DNA of 51,818 nucleotides from Eubacteriales bacterium. GTDB taxonomy: Bacteria > Bacillota > Clostridia > Oscillospirales > CAG-272. Of the stretch, positions 17,839 through 26,838 are shown piece by piece. The DNA lies in contig JAZNYH010000076.1 of assembly GCA_045594305.1 (NCBI GenBank), positions 1-51,818 of the forward strand, read 5' to 3'. The notes below the pieces were generated by a model. It did not search any database. It saw nothing but the letters and a program-made list of their open reading frames with translations, and was not told the origin of the DNA. A program made the translations under genes and the position numbers. Positions within the stretch are counted from its first letter, which is position 1. Each line of letters opens with the position of its first letter.

Positions 17839-18987
17839 ATGAATCTTAGTTATTGCAACACCACGAAAGTTTTTTTTACCAATGAAATTAAAGATATTTA
17901 TGATTTTGTTTGTTCGTCTGGATTTAACAAGGTTTTATTCGTTACAGGTGGACAATCTACTAAAAAAATTGCTCTTCAAATCAAAGATGGCTTTAATACT
18001 TCTAATATTCAGTGCATTGTTTTGGATGGAATTACCACTAATCCGTTGTCGGAGACGATAGAAGAAATGGCTAAAGTAGCAAAGAGTTTTTCTCCCGATG
18101 TGATATTAACTGTCGGTGGAGGAAGCGTTCACGATGCGGGGAAGGCTATTTCAATAATGGTGTTTTCTGAGAACAACAATGTTGAAGACTATACTGTGAA
18201 CGGAAAATTAAGCGTTCCTGGAATAGTCAAAACAATTCCCGTTATTACTATTCCTACTGTTTGGGGATCGGGGGCAGAAGTATCCCCGGCAGCACTTGTT
18301 CGAATTGGTAAAGAAAAAAGAGTTATATTTTCACCAATGTTGCATCCTGTCGCAACATTTATTAACACTAACTTTGCAGATAGTCTCACTAATTATCAAA
18401 TTTCGAGATCGTCTTTTGATTCATTTGTGCAAGCATTAGAAGGATTTATTTCAACATCGTCGAACAACATTTCTAATTCTTTTGCAAAGATTGCAATTGA
18501 TAATTATAATACATGTCTACCTTCGCTGTTCCATAACCAGATAACCAATGATGTTTTGGAAAAATTGGCAATATCGTCTGTTTTCTCATCATATGTTTGC
18601 TCTACTGCTAGCGTAGGAGCAATTCATGCAATATCTGATCCAATTAGCGGTAGATACGATACACATCACGCTGTTGCATTAGCGATGATTGCTGTAGATG
18701 TGTTGAAGAAAAATCTATCAGTAGTTGATGAGGGTAAGATTCAAGAATTGGATAAGATGCTGTACAATATCCCCAGTTTCTTTAATGATGTTACGGAACG
18801 AGTTTTGGATAAAGTAAAATATATTATTGCTCAACTTGATCTAGTTAATAAAGAGAAAACATTTATTGAGAAGCAAGATTTAGATGCTATGGCAGATGAA
18901 TCATATAACGGAGACATGGTGGGCAATCCGTACGAATTTGAGAAATTTGAAATAGTTGAGATTTTAAGGAAGCATTGTAATGATTAA
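17839..18987 (+). CDS. Iron-containing (group III) alcohol dehydrogenase family protein
   Basis: NP, GGGSVHDAGK, IPTVWGSGAEVS, DSFVQALE, HAI..., HH metal-site motifs. Confidence 0.9.
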   Translation: MNLSYCNTTKVFFTNEIKDIYDFVCSSGFNKVLFVTGGQSTKKIALQIKDGFNTSNIQCIVLDGITTNPLSETIEEMAKVAKSFSPDVILTVGGGSVHDAGKAISIMVFSENNNVEDYTVNGKLSVPGIVKTIPVITIPTVWGSGAEVSPAALVRIGKEKRVIFSPMLHPVATFINTNFADSLTNYQISRSSFDSFVQALEGFISTSSNNISNSFAKIAIDNYNTCLPSLFHNQITNDVLEKLAISSVFSSYVCSTASVGAIHAISDPISGRYDTHHAVALAMIAVDVLKKNLSVVDEGKIQELDKMLYNIPSFFNDVTERVLDKVKYIIAQLDLVNKEKTFIEKQDLDAMADESYNGDMVGNPYEFEKFEIVEILRKHCND

Positions 18988-20821
18988 TGTTGCTAATTTT
19001 GAAAGACGATCACGGTTTCTTGTTAAAGCGATAGCTGACAAGGTAAAATACGATAATGAGTCTTCGCCAAAATATGCATATTGGGCACTGTATTTAGATG
19101 ATAATAGAAAAAAGCCTCGTGAAGTTGATACTTGTGCAACTAGTTATTGTATATCAATATTAGAGACAGAAAAACAACGTTTAATGTCTGGTGGCGGTGT
19201 AGATAAATACATTTACCATGATATAATTCAGCAGGCCGTTCGCACATTGATACGCCTTCGTGGGAAAAATGGGGCTTGGCCTTCTGTTGTAGAGCCTAAG
19301 ATTCTCCAATCTCCTCCTGTATCTGAGTATTGTGGTGAAGTGGCAATTGGAGATAATTATTTCGCTTTAACAGCACTTCTTGATGTTGGATTTTTAAGTA
19401 AACAATTTGAGTATATAAGTAATATTCCTGAGGAATTACAAGAGTTAGAAGGTCGTGTGGAATATGTGTGTCAAACAGTTGATTGGTTAATTCTCAATCG
19501 TGTTGCTCCTGAAAATTATGGTTGGTATTATACAAATGCGGCGAACGAGTCCTCGACACAACCTGTAACTATAGCAACTGCTAATGTTCTTTCCGTGCTT
19601 AATAGAGTAAAAAATGCTATTAAGGGATATGAAAAATTCTTAAATTTTTACAAAAGAATTGAAAAAACAATTAATGAGACCAATGAGTATTTTGCTATTA
19701 ATATAAAGGCCGACGGTGGAATTGGTAAGTTTATCTCTTCAAGCACAACATCATCTTCATTATTGCATACTTGTAAAATGATAGATGCATTAATTTTAAG
19801 TGAAAATTATGAGTATTTGGACGAGCTTGAGCATGCAATAAAGTTTGTTGTCGACACTTGCAATCGTTTTCCTGATTGCAATCTTGCTACTCTTGGTGTT
19901 GATTTTTATAGCGAAACATACAATCTGGTATTGCCATCTGAAGATGAGATTACAATTCGGCATGAGAACTATTCGGAAGGATTACTGCTTTATACAATGC
20001 TCAATATTTTACACTTATATAGTCAAAGTGGTAGTTATATTTCAAAGGTGAAAATCGATCCAGTTGCAATCACTGATATCGTAAACTTGGTGATTAAACA
20101 ATTGGAAAACATGCAAACTAAAGAAGGCACCAACAATGGTCTGTTTAGATGTCATGTAGTTAGATCAGAAGGTATGCATCCAGTTTATGCAAGTTTTGAA
20201 GGCTATCGTGCATTCCGCATGTATATGTCTTTAGATAAGCATATTTTGACAGAAAACGATAAACTTAATTTGCAAGAAGAGATTAAGAAGAGTAACCCTT
20301 TCGATCCTGATGCTCCATATCTTTTCATAAGCTATTCTCACAAGAATGATGATGTTGTTTTGTTGGATGTTCAACGATTAAAAAAGCAATATAACTGTTG
20401 GATTGACTTTGAAAATTTGGACGGAGGTCGTTCAGCAACAGAAGATGACTGGACAGAAAAAGTTCAACCTGTTTTGGATAATCCGAATTGCAAGGGTGTA
20501 ATAATGTACATTAGCAAAGAAGGTATGAATTCTAACGGGCTTATGAGAGAAGCGGAATGGATATCTAAACGAAAATTGGACTTCTACACATTTTGGGTTG
20601 GGTTTAGTAATACGATAACGCCAAAGGAAATGGCAACTATAATATATGAAATCCCCGATGATGACACTCAACGCAAATTGAGAAAAATCTTGGCATTTTC
20701 ATATATTGGACAAACGAGCAAAGATCCTACAGAATTCTCGTATTATCACCGACAGGATACTTTTTCACATTTGTCCCATCCTGATTTTCACAATTGGTTA
20801 AAGAAAATCAATTTAGTATAA
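18980..20821 (+). CDS. Prenyltransferase/terpene-cyclase-like alpha/alpha barrel fused to a C-terminal TIR domain
   Basis: N-terminal QW-like repeats (LRGKNGAWP, PENYGWY, IKADGGIG, MQTKEG..NGLF); C-terminal YLFISYSHKN, CWID, W...V..., S..LMREAE TIR_2 pattern with the putative catalytic Glu. Confidence 0.75.
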   Translation: MINVANFERRSRFLVKAIADKVKYDNESSPKYAYWALYLDDNRKKPREVDTCATSYCISILETEKQRLMSGGGVDKYIYHDIIQQAVRTLIRLRGKNGAWPSVVEPKILQSPPVSEYCGEVAIGDNYFALTALLDVGFLSKQFEYISNIPEELQELEGRVEYVCQTVDWLILNRVAPENYGWYYTNAANESSTQPVTIATANVLSVLNRVKNAIKGYEKFLNFYKRIEKTINETNEYFAINIKADGGIGKFISSSTTSSSLLHTCKMIDALILSENYEYLDELEHAIKFVVDTCNRFPDCNLATLGVDFYSETYNLVLPSEDEITIRHENYSEGLLLYTMLNILHLYSQSGSYISKVKIDPVAITDIVNLVIKQLENMQTKEGTNNGLFRCHVVRSEGMHPVYASFEGYRAFRMYMSLDKHILTENDKLNLQEEIKKSNPFDPDAPYLFISYSHKNDDVVLLDVQRLKKQYNCWIDFENLDGGRSATEDDWTEKVQPVLDNPNCKGVIMYISKEGMNSNGLMREAEWISKRKLDFYTFWVGFSNTITPKEMATIIYEIPDDDTQRKLRKILAFSYIGQTSKDPTEFSYYHRQDTFSHLSHPDFHNWLKKINLV

Positions 20822-20957
20822 TTTATCATTTCAAAGTGCTTAAATAAATCTATAAATGCCCTTTAGATGCATTATACATAAAGTTTTTCTTAATTTGAAA
20901 AGAGCGAGATTGCACTTTATTTTTGCAATCTCGCTTTAAGTATTTATATTGAGGTGA

Positions 20958-21604
20958 ATGATGAAAAAAGAACTTGTTGGACAAGCGATATCATTTATTA
21001 AGGAATTGTTTGAAAATGAGTGTAGTGGACATGACTACTTTCATGCATTTCGAGTATTTAAAATGGCAACACATATTGCAAGCAAAGAATATGCTAATTT
21101 GGAAATTGTACAACTTGCGGCATTGTTGCACGATGTTGATGATAGAAAACTATCTCCCGAGACTTATGCGGAACAGAGCAACGCAAAGGCTTTTTTGCAA
21201 CAAACGGCGTGGATAATTCAATGATTGACACCATATGTCAAATTATCTGTAAAACATCATATATGGGAAAGGATTCTGTTATCCCTGAGACGATTGAGGG
21301 AAAATGTGTGCAAGATGCTGACAGGTTAGATGCTATCGGAGCAATTGGTATTGCAAGAACTTTTGCATATGGTGGAAAGCACAATAGGTTAATACATAAT
21401 CCGGATATTAAGCCTAATATGGATATGGGGGCAGAAGAATATGTTAACAGTCAATCAACAAGCATTAATCATTTTTACGAAAAACTATTCCAATTGACCG
21501 AGTTAATGAATACGCCCTCGGCAAAAGAGATTGCAAAAAGCAGAGAAAACTATATGAAAGAATATATTGCAGAATTTATGGCAGAATGGGAAGGAATTCG
21601 TTAA
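20958..21604 (+). pseudogene. HD-domain phosphohydrolase (YedJ/YpgQ-like), split by a 1-nt frameshift
   Basis: GHDYFH..RV and LAALLHD in the first frame; VQDADRLDAIGAIGIARTF and HFYEKL in the second; break near 21198-21205. Confidence 0.8.
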
Positions 21605-21900
21605 TTTTTAATAGATTATACAAAATAGTAACTCAAATCTATTAAAAAGGCACAAGTTTATGTTTCGATTTTATGATAAAACTGAAGCAACTATATCAGC
21701 CATCAATGTTTGCATTACGATAATCAAAGAAAAAACTATCTATGAAATTGCTGATAACAAAAATAGCACAGAAGGTTTACTCTCAAAATGAAGGACAGAC
21801 CTCTTCCCACAAAATCCGTGAAGTGAAATAACGGTGTTTTAGACCGATTGTGCCAAAAGAAATATTATTTCCAAAAACGAAAAAAATATTCAAAAAGCTA

Positions 21901-21929
21901 TTGACAAAGTAAAAATCCTATGTTAGAAT
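21901..21929 (+). promoter_or_regulatory. sigmaA promoter with extended -10, ahead of a structured leader
   Basis: TTGACA-17 nt-TAGAAT, TG at -15/-14. Confidence 0.7.
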
Positions 21930-22174
21930 AAAGCCCCTCACGAAGATGCGAGCTTCAAAATTGAATATATGTATCAAGTGCCAAATTAACTCTTCGGAGT
22001 AAACACAAAAGATCGCTCGACGATCCTCAAAACTGATCTGAGTCAAAAGACTCGTACTTACATATCGGCACGGAGCATTATAGTTTTAGCGAACGAGTGC
22101 CGTTCGCTTATTGGTGTTTCCGTAAAAATCTGTGTGTAAATACGAGTCTTTTTGTTTTGTCATCAGGAGGTAAA

Positions 22175-22709
22175 AATGAAACACAAAAATTTCTTTATTG
22201 TTCCCAATCAAATATTCAAGGTAACCTACTACGCACGCGCACAAACCCGTGAGTTCGTCAGCTTTATAAATCAAAAAAGCTCTGCGGAAAACCGCAGAGA
22301 GCTGAATGCAAAGATGGTAGAGCTTGCGAGTCTTGAAAAGCGCAACAACGAGCTGAACGCTCTGTTCAGGCGACTCTATGAGGAGAATGTTCTCGGCAAG
22401 GTTACGAACGAACAGTTCCGTATGCTCTCCGACGGTTATAATACCGAGCAAAGAGAAATCACCGAGCAACTTCCGATAGTGAAGCAAGAGATTGAAGATT
22501 TGAAAGCGGCCGCTACTAATGTCGAAAGATTTGTGGATATTGCAAACAAGTACACAGATTTAAGGGAGCTGACTCCCGAAGTGCTTCGCACATTCATAGA
22601 GCGAATTATTATCCACGAAAGAACAGCAAAGCATAGCAAAACCGCAATGCAGCAGATCGACATCTACTTCCGCTATATCGGAAAACTCGCCCCCGAAGCA
22701 GTCGCCTAA
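22175..22709 (+). pseudogene. Truncated large serine recombinase C-terminus (DUF4368/TnpX-like tail) behind a short unrelated N-terminus
   Basis: RLYEENVLGKV..E.F..LS..Y..EQ, F.....KYTDL.ELTPE.LR.FIERI.IHE, QQIDIYFRYIG; no resolvase catalytic domain; GGAGG RBS. Confidence 0.8.
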
Positions 22710-22818
22710 CCTCACAAAGCGAAATAGGACGGACAGTCGAAACTGTCCGTCCTACAATCGATACCGCCTATACGCAGTTAATATCCTTATGAGAAACTGC
22801 GTAAAGGTGGCTTTTTCT

Positions 22819-24984
22819 TTATATAAGTGTGAATTTTGCGAATGGCTTGCAGGCTGAATCCTTGCCGATAAAGACCTCGAAATCGCCCTTTTCTGCAACG
22901 AATTTAATATCACGGTTCCAGAATTTGAGCATTTCCTCGGTGATTTCAAAGGAAACGATTTTCTCCTCGCCAGCGTCAAGCTCAAGCTTTTCAAAGCCCT
23001 TTAATTCCTTAACAGGGCGAACACAAGAGCCAACAATATCTCTTATGTAGAGCTGAACGGCCTCCTTGGCACGATATTTGCCCGTGTTCTTAATTTTCGC
23101 ACTTGCGATAAGCTTACCGCCCGCACTCATTTTTGTATCGCTAAGGGTTAAATCGCTATACTCAAAGCTTGAATACGACAAGCCATATCCAAATGGATAA
23201 AGAGGGCTGTTTGCCATATCAAGATATGATGCAGTAAAGCGAACGAAGGTTTTGTCGTCCTCCTCAGCCTTAGGTCTGCCTGTCATATAGTGGTTGTAGT
23301 AGATTGGGCATTGACCGAGAGTGCGAGGGAAGGTCATTGTGAGCTTTCCTGATGGAATAGCATCGCCAAAGAGAAGGTTAGCACACGCATTACCGCCCTC
23401 AGTTCCAGGCATCCACATATTAAGGATTGCAGGAGCGAGCTTGTCAAGTCTGCTAATTGCAAGAGGTCTACCTGTAAATAGAGCAACTGCAACATTTTTA
23501 TTTACTTCAAGTATTCTATCGAGAAGCTTGTATTGAATATCGGGCAAATCAATAAACGCACGGCAGTTTGACTCGCCTGAGTATTCCTGATGCTCGCCAA
23601 GGCAGAGAACAACACACTCGCTATTCTTGGCAAGCTCGCACGCCTCATCAAGCATAGAGGTATCCTCGGAGTCGAACTCAATCGCACAGCCGGGGGCGTA
23701 TTTTACCTTGTCGCCAAGAAGGTTAGTAAGACCATCAAGCACGCTTACGGTTTCCTCTATTCTACCGCCACATTTCCAGCTACCGTGGATTTCTCCTGTT
23801 GCACCGAGAGGGCCAATTACAGCCACACTACCCACGCTCTTGCTGAAAGGAAGAATACCCTCGTTTTTAAGAAGAACGGCACTCTCCTCAGCTCCTCTGC
23901 GAGCGATAGCACGATGCTCAGGACCAACCTGAACTCTCCTTGCCTCCTCGACATCAACGCTACGGAATGGGTTGTCAAGAACACCAAGCTCCTCTTTAAG
24001 ATTGAGAACTCTCATAACTGATTTGTCGAGCTGAGCCTCGGTGATTTTTCCTTCCTCAATAAGCTCTTTAAGGTGACGACCGTAGGAGCTTGACATCATT
24101 TCAATATCACAGCCAGCCTTCATAGCGAGGTAAGCGCACTCCTTTTGAGTTTCGCACACACCGTGAATAATCATCTCGGTAAATGCTCCGTAGTCACTTA
24201 TAACAACGCCATCAAAGCCCCATTCATCTCTTAGAATTTCCTTTACAAGATGCTCATTTCCTACACAGGGCATACCGTCTACAATGTTAAATGCAGTCAT
24301 TAGCATCTTAACGCCAGCGTCAACAGCACTCTTGTAGGCGGGTAGATAATACTCACGAAGAGTTCTTTCGCTGACATCAACCGTGTTATAGTCACGACCA
24401 CCCTCAGCTCCACCATAAGCAGCAAAGTGCTTTACGCACGCAGCGATATTATACTTGCCCATATCGCCTTGAAGTCCCTCAACGGTAGCCCTTGCCATCT
24501 CGCTATTGAGATAAGGGTCCTCACCGCTTGACTCCATAACTCGTCCCCAACGAGGATCACGAACGAGGTCAACCATAGGAGCGAAGGTAACGCTAACGCC
24601 GTCAAGGCTCGCTTCCTTAGCAGCCATTTGAGCAAGCTCACGAGCAAGCTCTCTATTAAACGAGCAAGCAACTGCAAGGTTGATAGGGTAGAGCGTGCGA
24701 TGTCCGTGAATTACATCCTGCATAATCATAAGAGAAATCTTATTTTTGCTACCCTTTAAGAAGTTGTTGGTTGCATCAATCATAGTTTCAGCACCAACAA
24801 GGTTGAGTGTTGTTCCAACATCCTTAACAAGCTCCTTGTCGTGCTTTAATTTGCTATCAGGACCTGTAACGATATCAAGTCCCTTGCCTGTCGACAAAAA
24901 CGACGCAGTGGTAATCTGCTCAAGCTGATAAATCTTTTCATCAAGCGTAAGGCTTGCAAGAATTTGTTCTGTTCTTTTGCTCAT
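22819..24984 (-). CDS. GH3 beta-glucosidase (BglX-like)
   Basis: DVIHG, DPRWGR..E..GED, KHFAAYG, ISDY nucleophile, C-terminal fibronectin-like domain. Confidence 0.92.
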   Translation of the reverse strand: MSKRTEQILASLTLDEKIYQLEQITTASFLSTGKGLDIVTGPDSKLKHDKELVKDVGTTLNLVGAETMIDATNNFLKGSKNKISLMIMQDVIHGHRTLYPINLAVACSFNRELARELAQMAAKEASLDGVSVTFAPMVDLVRDPRWGRVMESSGEDPYLNSEMARATVEGLQGDMGKYNIAACVKHFAAYGGAEGGRDYNTVDVSERTLREYYLPAYKSAVDAGVKMLMTAFNIVDGMPCVGNEHLVKEILRDEWGFDGVVISDYGAFTEMIIHGVCETQKECAYLAMKAGCDIEMMSSSYGRHLKELIEEGKITEAQLDKSVMRVLNLKEELGVLDNPFRSVDVEEARRVQVGPEHRAIARRGAEESAVLLKNEGILPFSKSVGSVAVIGPLGATGEIHGSWKCGGRIEETVSVLDGLTNLLGDKVKYAPGCAIEFDSEDTSMLDEACELAKNSECVVLCLGEHQEYSGESNCRAFIDLPDIQYKLLDRILEVNKNVAVALFTGRPLAISRLDKLAPAILNMWMPGTEGGNACANLLFGDAIPSGKLTMTFPRTLGQCPIYYNHYMTGRPKAEEDDKTFVRFTASYLDMANSPLYPFGYGLSYSSFEYSDLTLSDTKMSAGGKLIASAKIKNTGKYRAKEAVQLYIRDIVGSCVRPVKELKGFEKLELDAGEEKIVSFEITEEMLKFWNRDIKFVAEKGDFEVFIGKDSACKPFAKFTLI

Positions 24985-24999
24985 TTTAGTTATACCTCG

Positions 25000-25611
25000 T
25001 TATAAAATATTATCAAGAAATTCTTTAAGGGCAAGGGGATTGCCGTCAAAGAGATATGTGCCTAAGCCAAACGCCTTAGCTCCTGCTATGTTAGAGGCGT
25101 TATCATCAATGAAAACGGTTTGCTCGGGTAGAATGTCACATTCGGTGCAAAGGTGCTCAAAAATCTGTCTGCTTGGCTTTACAATGCCAATTGGAGCGGA
25201 GAATATACATTTGTCAATTTTAGAAAGAATTGGAATCTCGCTTGCGTGAGAGGCAAAATACCTTGAAATGTTAGAAAGAAGAAAGACCTTAACGCCATAT
25301 TTCGAGCGAATATAGTCGATAAGAGCACTCATTCCCTCAATCTCGGGTATGTTGTAAATCCAATTGTAATAGATTTTTTCAGCCACATCCCAAAGGCGAG
25401 AGGGCAATCGAGAGCGACACGCCTCAATAACCTGCTCGTTTTCTATTGTGCCAGCATCGAGCTTATCCCAATAAAGACGGTCAAAGACAACCTCCTCGAG
25501 GAGCGAGGCGTCGTCCTTGTCGCTAACATAGACGCCAACCATATATTTTGGCTCAAAGCGAACAAGCACCTGACCGAAATCAAAAACTACATTTTTAATA
25601 CTCATAGCCAC
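25000..25611 (-). CDS. HAD-family phosphatase
   Basis: FDFGQVL, LSN, KP, FIDD..SN motifs. Confidence 0.88.
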   Translation of the reverse strand: MAMSIKNVVFDFGQVLVRFEPKYMVGVYVSDKDDASLLEEVVFDRLYWDKLDAGTIENEQVIEACRSRLPSRLWDVAEKIYYNWIYNIPEIEGMSALIDYIRSKYGVKVFLLSNISRYFASHASEIPILSKIDKCIFSAPIGIVKPSRQIFEHLCTECDILPEQTVFIDDNASNIAGAKAFGLGTYLFDGNPLALKEFLDNIL

Positions 25612-25614
25612 TCC

Positions 25615-26838
25615 TTAGCAAAAGTCGAAGTAATTCTTTGCGTTAAAGTAGCAAATATCACGAGCGATTTTTTTGAGCATCTCCATATCATGAGGATACT
25701 CTCCGTCCTCAACCCACTCTCCGAGAAGATTGCAAAGTATTCTTCTAAAATACTCGTGACGGGTGTATGAAACAAAGCTACGGCTATCGGTGAGCATACC
25801 AACAAAGCGAGAGAGCATACCAAGGTTAGCAAGTGCACGCATTTGTCCAACCATACCGTCACGCTGGTCGTTAAACCACCAGCCAGAGCCGAACTGAATT
25901 TTACCGGGGATACCACCGCCTTGGAAGTTTCCAAGCATAGTGCCAAGAACATAGTTGTCCTTTGGATTTAGGCAATACAAAATGGTCTTAGGCAAAGCAC
26001 CCTTAGCGTCGAGCGTGTCGAGGATTTTTGAAAGTCCAACGGCAATCTCAAAATCGTTTATTGAGTCAAAGCCCGTGTCAGGGCCAAGAGAGTTGAACAT
26101 TCTTGTATTGTTGTTTCTAAGAGCGCCTATGTGTAATTGCCATACCCAGCCACGCTTAGCGTATTGCTCGCCAAGGAGAACAAGGGCATTTATGGTTTCC
26201 TCATCCATTCTATCAACGGCGTGGTCGGAGAGGCGACAGCCGTTTTCGTGGAAGTAGTCAAGCCTTTGCTCCAAATTTGCGGGGAGATTATAAATGTCGG
26301 GACGAAAGGCGGGAACAACCTTAACCTCAAAGTCACGAAGAGCCTTGTGGTATTCAAGGGTGTCGTTTGGAGCGTCGGTTGTGCAAATAACCTCAACGCC
26401 CGAGCGTTTTATAAGCCCCTGTGTCGTAAATTCGTCCTTTTCAAGACAAGCGTTTACCTTGTCCCAAATCTGCTTTGCGGTTTCCTCGCAAAGAGGAGTG
26501 TCAATATCGAAATATCTCTTTAATTCAAGGTGAGTCCAATGGTAAAGAGGATTGCCGATAAGGTATGGCATTGTTTTTGCGAAGGCAAGCCACTTGTCGT
26601 AGTCCTCGGCATCACCTGTTATGTATTTTTCGTCAACGCCATTTGTACGCATTTGACGCCACTTGTAGTGGTCACCGCCAAGAAAAAGCTCATATGCATT
26701 CTTGAAGCGGTAGTTTTCAGCAATCATCTTGGGGCTTATGTGACAATGGTAGTCAATGATTGGCAAATCCTTAACTGCCTCAAAAAGCTCCCTTGCTGTG
26801 TCGTTCTTTAACATAAAATTATCGTTTATAATGCTCAT
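25615..26838 (-). CDS. uxaC: Uronate isomerase
   Basis: IIDYHCH, GDHYKWR, GNPLYHWTHLEL, WWFND, GMLTDSRSF.SY.RHEYFRR. Confidence 0.95.
   Translation of the reverse strand: MSIINDNFMLKNDTARELFEAVKDLPIIDYHCHISPKMIAENYRFKNAYELFLGGDHYKWRQMRTNGVDEKYITGDAEDYDKWLAFAKTMPYLIGNPLYHWTHLELKRYFDIDTPLCEETAKQIWDKVNACLEKDEFTTQGLIKRSGVEVICTTDAPNDTLEYHKALRDFEVKVVPAFRPDIYNLPANLEQRLDYFHENGCRLSDHAVDRMDEETINALVLLGEQYAKRGWVWQLHIGALRNNNTRMFNSLGPDTGFDSINDFEIAVGLSKILDTLDAKGALPKTILYCLNPKDNYVLGTMLGNFQGGGIPGKIQFGSGWWFNDQRDGMVGQMRALANLGMLSRFVGMLTDSRSFVSYTRHEYFRRILCNLLGEWVEDGEYPHDMEMLKKIARDICYFNAKNYFDFC

Larger units (their letters stand above)
15636..22804 (+). mobile_element. Non-autonomous serine-recombinase-type integrative element, copy 2 (ThiC-like/ADH/TIR cargo)
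   Basis: Same inverted ends as 6296-12920; the flanks rejoin as hairpin AAAAAGTCACC-AAAA-GGTGGCTTTTT; truncated recombinase at the right end. Confidence 0.85.

Noticed and set aside
18980-20821. Canonical Thoeris, CBASS or Pycsar system
   Set aside because: No ThsA-type (SIR2/SLOG or Macro-TM) effector or nucleotide cyclase gene is recognisable nearby
6296-22804. A single prophage, ICE or integron
   Set aside because: No structural, conjugation, relaxase or tyrosine-integrase genes; the boundaries resolve into four separate cassettes around the tRNAs
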